This document shows positions 21,419 to 34,551 of a stretch of DNA of 64,000 nucleotides, piece after piece. The translations under genes were made by a program, and so were the position numbers. Source of the DNA: Squalus acanthias (Eukaryota). A model generated the notes under the pieces. It was not told the DNA's origin. It saw only the letters and a list, made by a program, of their open reading frames with translations, and did no database searches. Position 1 is the stretch's first letter; the number at the start of each line of letters is the position of its first letter. Where the stretch lies: positions 68,140,001 through 68,204,000 of the forward strand of contig CM059438.1 in NCBI GenBank assembly GCA_030390025.1, in the 5' to 3' direction.

Positions 21419-22085
21419 TTGGGGAGACTAAACGCAGATTGGGTGACCGCTTTGCGGAACATCTCCGTTCAGTCTGTAAGGGGGACCCCGAGCTCCCGGT
21501 GGCCTGTCACTTTAATTCGCCGCTTCACTCCCACTCTGACCTCACCGTCCTCGGCCTCTTGCATTGTTCCACGGAAGCTCAGCGTAAGCTCGAGGAACAG
21601 CACCTCATCTTTCGTTTAGGCACTCTACAGCCCTCTGGACTCAATATAGGGTTCAACAATTTCAGATCATAACCCTGGCCCCCATCACATATATACATAT
21701 TTTTTTTTTTTTTTATCCACCCTTTTGTTTGGCCTTTTTTTTCCCCTCCCAGAAGCTGGCAGCCGTCCTTCATTCTGCCAGTGCATTTCACACTTCATCT
21801 AGAGCCATCCTTTGTTCCTCAACCTGTCACATTACCACCTCCTCTTGCCTTGAATGTCTCTCAATGTCTCTTAATCTCTCCTGCTTTCTATCCCATCACT
21901 GACCTTCCCCTTTGTTCTTTCAGCCCCTCCCCCTTTTCCCAGCCCTAAACTTGCTTTAAAATCTATTCCATTTCCTGCTTTTTTCCAGTTCTGACGAAAG
22001 GTCTTCGACCTGAAACGTTAACTCTGTTTCTCTCTCCACGGATGCTGCCTGGCCTGCTGAGTTTTTCCAGCGTTTTCTGTTGTTA
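21419..22085 (+). mobile_element. Penelope-like family 1 3' fragment (GIY-YIG C-terminus plus pLTR)
   Basis: IGETKRRLGDRFAEH...NNFRS*; 10-bp TSD CTTATGATCA. Confidence 0.92.
21987..22023 (+). ncRNA. Minimal hammerhead ribozyme (PLE family 1)
   Basis: AGTT-CTGACGA-AAGGTCTTCGACCT-GAAA-CGTT-AACT. Confidence 0.78.
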
Positions 22086-22599
22086 CTTATGATCACACAT
22101 GTGACTTTCCTGCCCGATACTGGGAGTTGATGGGCCTAGATTTGCAGCTCTTGAACGGAGTAACTGGGGAGAGGGAGATTTTGGTGATCAAAACGTCAGA
22201 AAAGATGATGGCCAGGTGCACCATAATTTTCTTTCCCAGAGTTCTAAAACTCATCAATTTGATAGTGTGCAATTTTGGGATAATTTTGCCAACAATTCTT
22301 GGATGAAATGTGTCTGCATTAAAAATGATGACTTGTTGACCGTAAAAATGGCATAACATTATCATTATAACACAGCGCTTTAATATGCATGGATTGCACA
22401 AAATGACACCTGTTTCTATTGGCATAAAGCTGGAGGATTTTATTACGTTGCCAAATTCCTGATCGTCGCAGTTATTTGCACATCTTTGGCACACACCAGT
22501 ATTTTCTTTTCATCCTACTCTCATTTTGAGAGCCTCTGGTTGCTTTGTAATCTTTTACCCCACCCCTCATTTGTTATTGGATTCACTTTTCCCAGAACG

Positions 22600-23040
22600 G
22601 ATCAGCTCAACAGTGGAAAGGATGTGGTAACGTGGCTAAATCCAAAGGATGGAAGTGAAGATAATGCCCAGGTGCAGAGTTGCTTAGCGAAGACAGTGAG
22701 GACAAAAAAGGAGGCAGGGTTGCTCTATACGTCAAGGAAACCTTGGAGATAAAAGAGGTCCTCCTGTGGGAAGTCGAAAGCAACCAAAGGACCTATTCTG
22801 GGTCGACATCACTAATGCTAAAAAAAACTCCAAGTTAACATTAGAGGTAAGCTATCGACCACCACATCAGCATAAGAAGGAGGCCATTTTGTTCTATGTA
22901 GAGATAGAAAGGGTAGGTGAGAACAGGAAAGTTATTTTAATGGGAGATTCCTATCAATCATGCATAAACTGGAAAGACCCAAGTGATTTAGAGTCAGAGT
23001 TGATAGATGTCGTCCATGATTGCTTCTTGCAAAGCAGCAT
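22600..23040 (+). pseudogene. Ancient CR1-like AP-endonuclease relic
   Basis: Degenerate TWL, KGGRVALYVK, YRPP, ILMGD and INW motifs, in the expected order across frameshifts. Confidence 0.65.
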
Positions 23041-23477
23041 TCAACAAAGTCAATATGATGTTGAACTCCATGGTCAAACCTGTAGAATACATGTGAGAGG
23101 AGATCACACTTTCAAGTCCTCTAGTCAGATCACAATGTGTGCATGGGCAGTTTCCATATTAAATGTGGACAGAGAAATTTATGGTAGAAATAGAAAAAAT
23201 GAGGAGATGGGTTATCTCCTGTCCTCTAACCTCACTTCACCTGAAGACTACATTTGGTTTTGACATTGCACATGGGAAATCGACTAGTATCTTTAAAAAA
23301 CATAATAAGAAGCATAACGGTCAGTACACATACAGAAGAAAATCTGTAATGGCTCCATTAATCTTCTTAACAATGACTTGCAATTGACTTTCAGAGTGTA
23401 GATAAATTTATTGAGCAAAGTTTTGCTTCTGCGGGGCAAATTTGGCCTGTTTTGCCCTCTCACAAATATTCTGCTGT

Positions 23478-23862
23478 TTTTTTTAATCGTTTATGGGACA
23501 TGGGCTTCGCTGGCAAGGCCAGTATTTATTGCCCATCCCTAGTTGCCCTTAAGAAGGTGGTGATGAGCTGCCTTCTTGAACCGCTGCAGTCCGTGTGGTG
23601 ATGGTAGGTAGGGAGTTCCAGGATTTTGACCCAGCGACGATGAAAGATCGGCGATATACTTCTAAGTCAGGATGGTGTGTGACTTGGAGGGGAACTTGGA
23701 GGTGGTGGTGTTCCCATGCGTCTGCTGCCCTTGTCCTTCTAGGTGGAAGAGGTCGCGGGTTTGGGAGGTGCTGCCGAAGAAGCCTTGGCGAGTTGCTGCA
23801 GTGCATCTTGTAGATGGTACATACTGCAGCCACGGTACGCCGGTGGTGGAGGGAGTGAATGT
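23478..23862 (-). mobile_element. LINE-A 3' fragment
   Basis: Highly similar to 228-617. Confidence 0.9.
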
Positions 23863-24403
23863 GGTGGTGTTTCTTCTTCCAGCAGGATGCAAAAATGGGA
23901 TTGTTTCAACTTCCTGTTTTCACCCGGGAGGTGTCAAAACCAACACCACTTGATGTAGAAATTTGCAATACTTCATCGGCATAAACAATTAGCAATAGAA
24001 ATCAGATGACATGAATAGAAGCTACAAACACTTCACACATTGATGTTGAACATACAAATCTTCATAACAGAACAAACTAGCTCCGTCCATCAAAAGATCA
24101 ACACTGCTAATTAAATCAAGGAAACAGTCTGATCTGTGTGTAAACCAAATGAGAAATGCAAATTTTGCTGCAGGTGTCACGTTAATGGGAATGTTTATTT
24201 AAAGGCAGCAATCAACCCGAAACCAATTAATTGCTCGTACATTCATCTGAAAACAGAAGAGTTTTGCACCAAAGACTGTTCTAATTCATTGGCTCTTCAA
24301 AGGCTGGCAGACTGATATATATATAGTGTGAATCCACTGTCAACGTTTCTTACTGGTGCTTGGGGGAAGGGTGGCAGGTGCACTGATTCAATGCCATACC
24401 TCT

Positions 24404-25556
24404 TGTAGGATTCTTATTTCGACTGGCATTAAATTGACAGCAAGACCAATTCTTTTGAAACAATTTGAAATAAGTTTATTAAACACACACACATGCACAT
24501 AGCCTACTGGACAAAGCAACAGTCTACTGGTATCCTATGGACTCTACTTGATTACAACAGGTAGGGTAATGGGTTACAGATTTAAACAGACATATACTTC
24601 CCTCTGAGCCAGGCAGTGCACGCGGTCTTCTTCCTTGCCTCTTGGTCTGGTCTGTAGAGGGGGGCTTCCTGCTTTTCCGCGTGGTCATCAAGAGAGAGAG
24701 AGAGAGCGAGAGAGCGAGAGAGCGAGCGACCTCCTAGGTTCCTTCTTTTATATCTTTTAAGTCCATTGTCTCTGGTATAAATCGCTGAAACCCTAGGATT
24801 GGGTCTTAGTTTCATGACAGTTCTTGATTGGCTTTCCTTATTCATGTGTCTGTCCTGCAGCGGCTGGTGCCATTTCTTGATTAAGTTCATCATTTCGTTA
24901 ACACCTTTTAATGGCTCTGAGTTTCGATGGTGAGATTCGATGGGTTTTCGATGGCTTTGTTTACCCTGAAAGTCACGCTGTCTCTGTGGGGGGGATACCT
25001 TGTTATGCAGGTTTCTTTTGTTAAGTTTCGCGCCGTTGCCTTGAGCTCCGCCCACCCAGGGGAGATACATACACGTTAAATTCGTCTTTATTACATACAT
25101 CTTATATTAATAGTCTCGAGTCCATCACGCATCATAATTTTGACAAAATATACGTTTTTATTCTTACACTCTGCATGTGCGTAGAGCAATACATGTTTAC
25201 TGGTTATGCAATTCATGCACTTGTGGTGTCTGGGGTTTGGTTTGGCGGGGGTGAAGAGAGATAAGAGGCTATGTTAATCGGAAGTCTTTTTGGTTGGGGT
25301 TATTGCCCTTTTTTGGCTACAGGTAGTTTACTACTATCAACTCTCTCTTGTACTGTCCTGTATAGTTCTCCTGAGTATAGTTTGGGTGTTGAGGATAGGG
25401 GGAGGTTATGTTGTTTAAGGTTTCAGAAAGGTGTTACAGATTACCTGGTAGTTACCCAGTAGTAGGCAGAAGCCAAGCATCACTTAGTCAGATTGGCATA
25501 TGTCTCATAGCTGTCCTTTCATATGCTAGTTATGGGGACGATTTCACTTCCTTACA
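24404..25556 (-). mobile_element. Probable solo LTR (~1.15 kb)
   Basis: TGTAGGA...TCCTTACA termini; minus-strand TATAAAA (~24746-24752), (CT)n tract and AATAAA (~24475-24480) in the right order. No matching TSD. Confidence 0.6.
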
Positions 25557-25687
25557 ACTAGTACATGGGTAGTACTGTGCAGTTCTTCTTATTATGTAAT
25601 CATTACATTGCTGCCTTGGTAATGAGGGCACTCCTCCCTATTATTACACCCATCAGACCCAGGGAACAATTGTCAACCAGTCAGAAT

Positions 25688-26012
25688 GAAAAGAAAGAAA
25701 GACTTACATTTATATAGCGCCTTTCACAACCTCAGGACGTCCCAAAGCGCTTTACAGCCAATGAAGTACTGTTGAAGTGTAGTCACTGTTGTAATGTGGG
25801 AAACACGGCAGCCAATTTGGGCAAAGCAAGTTCTCACAAACAGCAATGTGATAATGACCAGATAGTCTGTGTTTTTTAGGTGTTGCGTGAAGGATAAATA
25901 TTGACCAGGACACTGAGGATAACTCACTGCTCTTCTTCGAAATAGTGCCATAGAATGCTTTACGTCCACCTGAGAGGACAGACAGGGCCTCGGTTTAATG
26001 TCTCATCCGAGG
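25688..26012 (-). mobile_element. LF-SINE-like SINE, 5'-truncated
   Basis: Aligns with 4921-5235. Confidence 0.85.
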
Positions 26013-26014
26013 CA

Positions 26015-26260
26015 TATCCACTATTCACCTCTGACCAACACATATATACTTCAAGCAGGGATCCACTGGATAGCATTCAGGAAAAGGAACCCTGACCGAT
26101 TTTTACCTTCCCAGAACTCAAGCACTCTGACATATAGCAGCACCTCAACTGCCATGCCAGTGCAGCGTGAACTCCAAAACAGAACAGTGATGGAACCTGG
26201 GACCTTGCTGGTCCACAGCTAACCTGGATAAATCCATCAGGCTACGAGGTGAGCCTTAAA
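26015..26260 (-). mobile_element. Decayed DeuSINE-like SINE
   Basis: Shares GAACCTGGGACCTT and central motifs with 1800-2090. Confidence 0.5.
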
Positions 26261-28089
26261 CCTGTCAAAAGTTTAAGTATTTATAAAAATATATATATTT
26301 TTTCACTTTGAAAGGATAACAATGGTTTGCAGGGGAAAGAAGCAACGTAGTTTCAATCGGAAGTAATTTCAATCCGACCACGTTTTAATCTGAAGCACTG
26401 CTTCGAGAAACAATGGGCGCTAATGTTTCCAAACTTTAAAAAAAATTCGGTTTTGCGCTCCAGGAAGTGAAGCGCTAAATCAAGCGCTCCACTTCCTTCT
26501 TGGAGCGCAATCGGCAGCAGGCAGGGCGGAGACTTCAGCAGCGCTGCACACTGCTAGGTTAGTACTTTATACAAATCGCACTCCCCCTAGAAAATTGTTC
26601 ATCTTTAAAATCTGGACTGAGTAAAATATTGCACCCCAATGAGACGTGTCATGATGCTCATGAATTATGGATCTTTGGCACTCATAAAATAAACATACTG
26701 CTGTGGAATGTTCTACGCATTATTGAATAGGAATTGGATTGCATTCCTTTTGTACTGACATTGATTTTGTATATTTTTGATAGAAAATGGCATCTTACAT
26801 TTTCACTGCAAGAATCCCTTCAACTGCCTAAGTAGTAAGAATAACAAAGCGGTACGATAAACATGAGAGTTGTTGGACATCATACAAAATAGAATTTGTT
26901 TCTAATAACTAATAAAATGGTTGTCTTAAATGATGAATAAATTACAAAAAGGCTCCACGTGAATATTAATAGTACATTTAGTTGTACATGATGCATATGA
27001 TTCATTGAGTGTTTTGTATTTTGCTGATTATCATTCCCTGGTGTCAGTCGTGCCATAACTCGACAACCATTTGTGTTCAATAATATCTGTGTATAAATAT
27101 TAATTGTCTTTACTGTCAACATCATTTCTGATAATTACAATGATGGGGAATGCATACTCTGATGCAGCCTAATTATTTGCTGTTGACAGTATTTGAAGCT
27201 TCACTTGTTTTAAGGATTCTGCAATAAATTAAAAATTGAAAAGTAACTGCGTGTTCAAACCCTTTCAGCACTGAAGGAACTTGCCATTCTCTGAGTGAGG
27301 CAGTGTTTTCTCTCATGGGTTATTTTGAAACGTAGCTTTTCACATTTCCGATCATGAATTTCAAATGTTTATACCAGTACAAGCTGGAGCGATTACACTA
27401 CAGATAAGGAGGGTACTGTTGCATATATATTGCAGCGTTGCCTCCAGAGGCAGCTGTATAATAGCAGTGCTTGTGTCACCAGTACCACTGAGGCCCACTT
27501 CAGCAGGAAGCTCAGCGGGTATCTCAAACGGCACCGGTTAACACAGGTCCCTTTTTTGCCGAAGCCAGCAAAGTACTTGGCACTTGGATTAATTTCTCTC
27601 TTAAACAATTGACAGTGACATTCTACTAATAGCCAGGTAATGCACCACGCATTGTAAAGACAGTAAACAGAGGTTATTTCAAATTAATATCTGGTGCTGC
27701 AAGAGAAAACAGAGGTAGGTAATAGGAGATTAAATATTGGCACAATTAGGTTTATTCCTATTTGCATGTGTCAGTAATGATGTGAAATCTATTTTCCCAC
27801 AGCGGGATAATTACATTTTATTTACAAAATAGGACTTTATTATTTTGGCTCATTAGTTCTTTGACGTTCATTTTAGCAAGTGTTCCCATTTGTAATTTCC
27901 ATTATTTATTTGCTGCTGCACTTAAAGTCATACCCAAGTGGGACTGGCGCCATTCCTGGGTGAGTCCTTTCTGTCATATTGGCTTTCCTTTTCTATCTGT
28001 ACATTTCTGTAAAGAAAATTGATCGTATTAAAAATACTTCCTTTGTTTACATTTTTATTTCAGTTTTACTTCTCTTTCAGTCTGATTTG

Positions 28090-28460
28090 TTTCTCTCTCT
28101 CTCTTTCTACCTTCCTCTCTCATCTTCTCTCTCCCTTCATCACTCTCTCCCTCACTCTCCCTCTCTCGCCCTCATTTTCTCCTTTACTCTTTCTCCCTCA
28201 CTTTCTCCCTCACTCTTTCTCCTTCACTCTTTCTCTCTCACTTTCTCCCTCACTCTTTCTCCCTCACTCTTTCTCCCTCACTTTCTCCCTCACTCTTTCT
28301 CCCTCACTTTCTCCCTCGCTCTTTCTCCCTCACTTTCTCCCGCGCTTTCTCCTTCACTCTTTCTCCCTCACTTTCTCCCTCACTCTTTCTCCCTCACTCT
28401 CCGCCACTCTCTCTCCCTTAAGCTCTCTCCCTCATGCGTGCGCTCTCTCTCTTCCTCTTC
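28090..28460 (+). repeat. Pyrimidine-rich minisatellite (CTTTCTCCCTCA[CT]), 12/14-bp units
   Basis: Direct tandem repeats, core at 28190-28400. Confidence 0.9.
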
Positions 28461-28601
28461 CCCATCTGGTCTTCTTAAATCTATTTTTTCATTGCCTTGT
28501 TTCTCCCACTTTCTGTTTTACTGTTTTATCCAAAGGCAGACCACTATCTCCCTGGGCCAGCTGGTTTTCAGCTGGAGCACTGTGATGTTGAAGTAACTAC
28601 T

Positions 28602-29334
28602 GGCCCAGATATTCCGATCGCAGGACTGGAAAAATCTGCGGCCTTTCCTGAGGGCTCCCGGGAGGTGCACAATTCCGATGCTGGGCCCCCCAAACTACCG
28701 GTGCGCAGGGCCCACGTATCCCAAGGGCGCAGGTAGTTCGCAGCGTCCCTGGGATCACGTGGGCCATGGGGAGCCAATCAAAGAAGGGAATCTCCCTTCA
28801 TACATTTGACAGGAAGACCTGTCAAATATATGAATGGAGATCACCCCCAAAATATAGTAAAACTTTAAATAAATTTTTTAAAAATCACATTTTTAAAATT
28901 ACTTGAAAGTACAAATAAATTAACTATTTTAAACAAAACTTTAAATTTTTTAAAAAAGTAATTAAAGTTTTTAACGGGGCTAAAAATAAACGTACCTTTT
29001 TTTAAAGTATTTTTAAATGATAAATCAGTGGAAATTAAAAAAAAAAACTGTTTTCAACTCTTATCCTGGTAAAAGCAGGCCTTACGTCTGCTTTTACCAG
29101 GCGCAAGAATTGTAAGGGTTTTCTGTGGGTGGAGGGTCTCCAAAAAGCGGAACTATCCGCCCGCAGAGACCTTTCTCCAGGGCAGGCCGGAGGATCTGTC
29201 AAGACCATTCTTGACAGATCGGAAATGTCGGTTTCCAGCACATGCGCAGTGCATGCCTGAAACTGGCATTCCCAATGTCCCTATGGGTGGGTACACAGCG
29301 CGTACACACCCGTAGGGATTGGAATATCCGGCCC
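28602..29334. mobile_element. Harbinger-type MITE (inverted relative of 16310-17035)
   Basis: TIRs GGCCCAGATATTCCGAT...ATTGGAATATCCGGCCC; flanks ACT/AAT. Confidence 0.85.
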
Positions 29335-29344
29335 AATATAAAAA

Positions 29345-31830
29345 TAATTTATTTTAATATTGCATTCCTTGTATTGAGGAACTTCTCAAGTACTTTACAA
29401 GCAGGTGAGCTGGACCTCAGCAGGAAGTAAAGGATTTTGGTTGGGGAGGTGGGGGTTCCATAGTGATTTTTTAATGAGGCTTTTTGAAAGTGGGTAGAGA
29501 GGTAGAAAGGCAAAGTCATTTTCAAAAAGAATTCCGTATGGCAGGGGTCCAAGTGGCTGGAGGTCGGCCAGTGATTGTGGAGTGGGGTAAGGGAACAACC
29601 CACTATTAATATTGTCGGTGAGAGTGTGTGATGGCACATGTAGGAAATTTCTCCCATAGCGTGATGCAAGGCTGTGGATTAATAAGGCAATGAGGATCTT
29701 GAAGTCAATTCAGTGGGGCACAGGGAGTTTGCAGAGTTGGGCGAGGACACAGGTCATTGGTGTGCAGGGGTATTTGTGAGAAAGGACTTGTAACAATGAG
29801 TACTATCTTAGCTGATGTTTGTGAGAGATGGACGTTTGCCAAGCGAAGAATTGAGAATCCGATCCTCAAAGTGATGTTTAAGCAACAGAGGGGCTGATAT
29901 GGCTATTAAATAGTCATGTACCATTGGTGGAAGAAAACAGTCTTAATGAAGGACCAGACATAGAGTTGAAACTTCAGTTTATGCCCACAGTGGCACAGGC
30001 ATCCACGTGCCAAACAGGATTGCTTCAGTAATATTCGCATTGAGCTACAGGACATTTCTTTTTATGTCAGACAGGCACTTGGATGGTACAGAAACAGCTT
30101 TGCACTAATGGTGGAGGAGTAGAGTTTGGTGTTATTGACATATACTTTGACCCCATGCCTGCAATGATGCCACAGAAAGATAGCATATAGAGAAAGAAAG
30201 AAAGACTTGCATTTATATAGCGCCTTTCACGACCTCAGGACGTCCCAAAACATTTTACAGCCAATGAAGTACTTTTGAAGTGTAGTCACTGTTGTAATTT
30301 AGGAAAAGTGGCAGCCAATCTGCACACAGCAAGCTCCCACAAACAGCAATATGATAATGACCAAATAATCTGGTTTTGTGATGTTGATTGAGGGATAAAT
30401 ATTGGCCAGGACGATGATGAATGCAAAGCGGAAACTAAGGATAGAGCCTGTCCAGGAGATACAAGAGACTTATACAAGATACAAGATGACAGGTATGAGT
30501 TGAGCAAATGATTATCAATGGAAGAGAGAGGACAGGAAACCATGAATTAGGCAGGAGGAGAAGGTATACGTTTGACAAAGACCAAGAAGATAGCGATAGG
30601 CAAGAACTAAGCAGGACAGGGAGGTGGCAGACAGGGAAGCAAAGGAGCGAGGGTCCAAACTGCCATCCAATAAATGCACTCAAGCAGGCAAGGAATTACC
30701 AATGGTCATAACATTTGTGCATTTGCAGATTAAATGAAACCTTGCAGATTAAGGAGATAGGGTCCTTGCAATCCAGCACTCAACAGCTTCTGAGCAGTCT
30801 CTCACTCCCTCTTTCTCCTCATATTTTGTCCATCTTTGCTCCTTGCATGTTTATTTGTCCCTCTGTTTATACTTTAATCGCTCTACCATGGCCTGACCTG
30901 TCCTTTTCGATCTAATTTAATTACTGCACCAACCATATGGTGTGTCTCACCATGTGCTGAAGTGGAATGTCAGTTAAATTTATTTGCCAGCAATGACCCC
31001 TACTCACTTCAAATAGAAGTGTAGATTATAAACAAATAATTGTGTGGCCAGTGTGCAACATGCAGAAGTGTGTTCTTCACATAGAATTTTATAGGAATTA
31101 CTTCACAGGCCGTTTGGCCCAACTAGTCCACGTTGGTGATTCAGTAGTCCAAATGCCATGTGCAGGCTCTGTCCCCAAACCCCTTTACTCCCCTTATCTT
31201 CAACCACCTATCTAACCTATTCTTAATTGTTGACATGGCGTTTGTGGTGGGGGCCAAAGACAATGGCTTCAGTCTTCCCAATGTTTAATTGGAGGCTTAT
31301 CCAAGACTGGTAGTCTGAACATACAGAGGTAGTGGAGAGGCCGAGAGATGGTATGGAGGTAGAGCTGGGTGTCTTTAGTGTACATGTGATCCCCTTTGTC
31401 TGCAGATGATGTTGCCAAGGGGCAGCATGTAGATGTGGAAGGGGCCAAGGATAGATACTTGTTGGACACTGGAGTTAATGGTGTGATAGTGAGAAGGGAA
31501 GCCTATTTCTGGAGATGCACTGGTTACAATCAGATAGGTAAGAGTGGAACCAAACGAGAGCAGTGCTAATGAACTGGACAATGGAGGAGAAAAATTGGGG
31601 GAGGATGGTCTGATCGATCATGTCAAAGGCTGCAGTAAGATCGAGGAGGATGAAGCGGGGTAATGCACGAGTGTCACAGTCACAGTGGATGTTATTTATG
31701 ACTTTGGCAAGGGCCGTTTTGCTGCTGTTACAAGGATGAAAAGCTCATTGACAGATTCAAATATGGGATTTTTGGAAAAATGCGCATGGATTTGGGAGGT
31801 GGCAATGTATTGAAGGACTTTGGAAAGATA
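29345..31830 (-). mobile_element. Cluster of decayed L2 fragments with an embedded SINE 3' end (30190-30412) and a CR1 tail (~31080-31235)
   Basis: Minus-strand HMYTKDTQLY (from YADDTQLY) and LLDLTAAFDMID motifs; the L2 3' end resembles 39772-40165. Confidence 0.6.
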
Positions 31831-32160
31831 TTAGAGCAGATATCTGTCTGTTTCAGATATTGATTTCTTTAATTAATTTAATATATGTTGATGATCCAAC
31901 ACAGCAATATATTGGCTTTGGACTCACTAAATCAAATTAATGGATTCCCTGCTCTTATTTCGACCCCATACCAGCTGCTGTTACTCTTCTACCTGTTGAC
32001 AGCCTGTCCGTACCTTCAGTACCATTTATATCCATTCTAAACTTTGCTTTTGTGTTGTATCTTCCTGCTACTGCAAGCAACAAACCATGTGGAGTGGATC
32101 AAGTTTTAATTTCCTTCACGATCACCTTTGAGATTGCCTGCCAATCAGTTAATATTTCTG

Positions 32161-32371
32161 CAAAAGCAAAACACTGCGGATGCTGGAAATCTGAAATAAA
32201 AACAGAAAATGCTGGAAATACTCAGCAGGTCAGGCAGCATCTGTGGAGAGAGAAACAGAGTTAACGTTTCAGGTCGATGACCCTTCGAGGGTCATCGACC
32301 TGAAACGTTAACTCTGTTTCTCTCTCCACAGATGCTGCCTGACCTGCTGAGTATTTCCAGCATTTTCTGTT
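32161..32371. mobile_element. Penelope-like family 1 mini fold-back (pLTR ends only)
   Basis: About 84-bp perfect inverted arms centred at ~32286; 14-bp TSD AGTTAATATTTCTG (32147-32160 and 32372-32385). Confidence 0.92.
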
Positions 32372-34551
32372 AGTTAATATTTCTGATTGAGCCAGTGAAT
32401 ATATTGTTGTAAAATGAATTGTACTGTCTTTGATCTGTACTTGACAAGTATTTACAAGCAGTTTTTCACGTCTTTTGGGATTTTTTGGCACCTCCTGGGG
32501 ATTGTAGATTTTTAAATGGCTCCTACAGAACTCCCTGTCCCCTCCCGCATCCAGCTAACATGTGCCTCAGAATCAGATGTGCGTGTCAAGGGTTCACTTC
32601 CCCTAGGTTGCATGTGAGTGAGGTAGGGCCGCACTCTGAAACATTTTGTGGAGGTACCAGCTCTGTTGAGGACAGTGTCTCAGCTGTGCTGAGTTGTATG
32701 TCTAGATCTGCCTATATAGTACAGGACAATAGCTGCTAAAGCTCCACGAAGTTTCATTCTATCAGATCTTCCTTCAGCTTTAATTCAGCTTTGTCTGAGA
32801 AGCATACAAGTCAATACCAACATTATTCTTTTTGTACCAAATTCACTGAGGTGTATTTTCAAGCCAGCTCTTTTGCTTGAAGTGAATGAAAAACCTGATT
32901 ATTTGAATCGAAGTTGCTTCACTGTCAAGTGAATATATTACAGGGTATAATGACGGCGAGTCCTTTCGGTGACAGATAAAATAACCAAAGCTAGTTCGCC
33001 ACGTAAGATTTTATTTAAATTTAGAAGCCTAAGTGAAGAGTCAAGGCCCATTCTACGGGGCGTTATCAAGGTCAAAAAGAGTTAGTGATGATTCAAAATT
33101 TGTTGTTAGGTCATGTCAAGCTTAAGGCCCTGATATTGCACAGTGGAATCCAAGCCTATGAGCACATGACATGGTTTGTCTGAATTGCACTCTCTGCTAT
33201 TTTAGCAGAGGTATTAATCAAGTTAAAATAAATGGGTGAATACCGCCACTGAAATAGCAGAGAGAGGAACTCAGACAAACACCTTCATCTATCCCGCAGC
33301 TTAAATTCTGGATTAAGGTTTTTCAAAATTGCAGATTATACATTAAAGGGACAGACAGTGAGATAAGTTTTGAGGTATCATATTAAAAACGCAATGATTT
33401 CAAGTAGAGATAGCAGGGTGAGTCTGATGTCTTCAACGTGTTGAAATAAAGGCGGAGGACTAGCACGTAGGATGCAATATCTGGAGCTTAGTAGCAAAGT
33501 TCAGAAAAGGCCAAGAAAGGTGGTGAAAGAAAGAGAGATTGTAGGCTGAAGTTGAGAGAAGGATTTCCCACCAATCAACAACATGGTCCTAATTATTTCT
33601 ATTAACGAGCTCCTGGCATTAATTAATACTACTTAATCTGCATGTGAAAACAAGTTTCAGGATTGCAGCCTTTTCCTGTTGTATATGTGTCCGCAGATGT
33701 TGATGTCAGGGGGGTTATCTGCTGCTTGCCGAGATATATTGGGAAATTCATTGTCAGCCGTGGAGGGCTCATTACCAGGAGACCTTGTGAAATAATATTT
33801 TTTTTCCAATTTAGACAGATCCTCACTTGTTCGCTAATAATCGTGCCGCACTCTGCTGAAAGTAAATACACATTTCTGCAGACAGGGAAGTTTCCAATTT
33901 TTTAGCCCCCCTCTCGCGACAAAGACTGCTAATGATCTCTCCAGAGCACGCTGATGGCTGTTGACAGCTAAGTGGAAAACATCTGCACAGAAAGGTGTAC
34001 CTATTCCTGCACGGATATCATGATCACCATGAGACAGGCACTAGAAACTCTACTCCAGCAGAATTTCATCTATTAGAGACAAGTTCACTGCCGCTGCAGA
34101 TCAAGCGCGGTGCATTCACTAACTTAGTCAGCAGGGCAGTTCCCTTTAGCAGTTCAGTGAGAAATTGACAATTGTTCCTACTCCGCGCAGTCTGCATAAT
34201 CTCCCTCCTTATCGCCAGATCCCCTTGGCTTGCTATGTTTCCAAGATCTCCCTATTCGAATGGGGGCCAGCAGCGTTGACGCAGCTTGGAGCACCGAAGG
34301 GACCACGTCATTTTAACTGTGAATGTTATTTCAGCTTCTTCACAATACAGAGCTCAGCCGCGCTCCTCATGATGTCATCAGCATCCGTTATTCAAACCAC
34401 ATGTCAAATTAACAGCAAGGTAGAAATGGATAAAAGGTGTTAAAAATTCCTTGTAGCAGTTTATTTTATTAGGTGGGAAGTATTTCAAACAGCTGGGTGT
34501 CTTTGGGATTAACATCCATTGACTAGGTGCTTCTTTGTAGAACAGGGATCT

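Noticed and set aside
22093..22494. 133-aa Cys-containing ORF
   Set aside because: No known motif; the region looks like a decayed MITE (GGGCCTAGATTT end).
27979..28596. 205- and 188-aa Ser/Leu/Phe/Pro-rich ORFs
   Set aside because: Translation of a CT-rich minisatellite.
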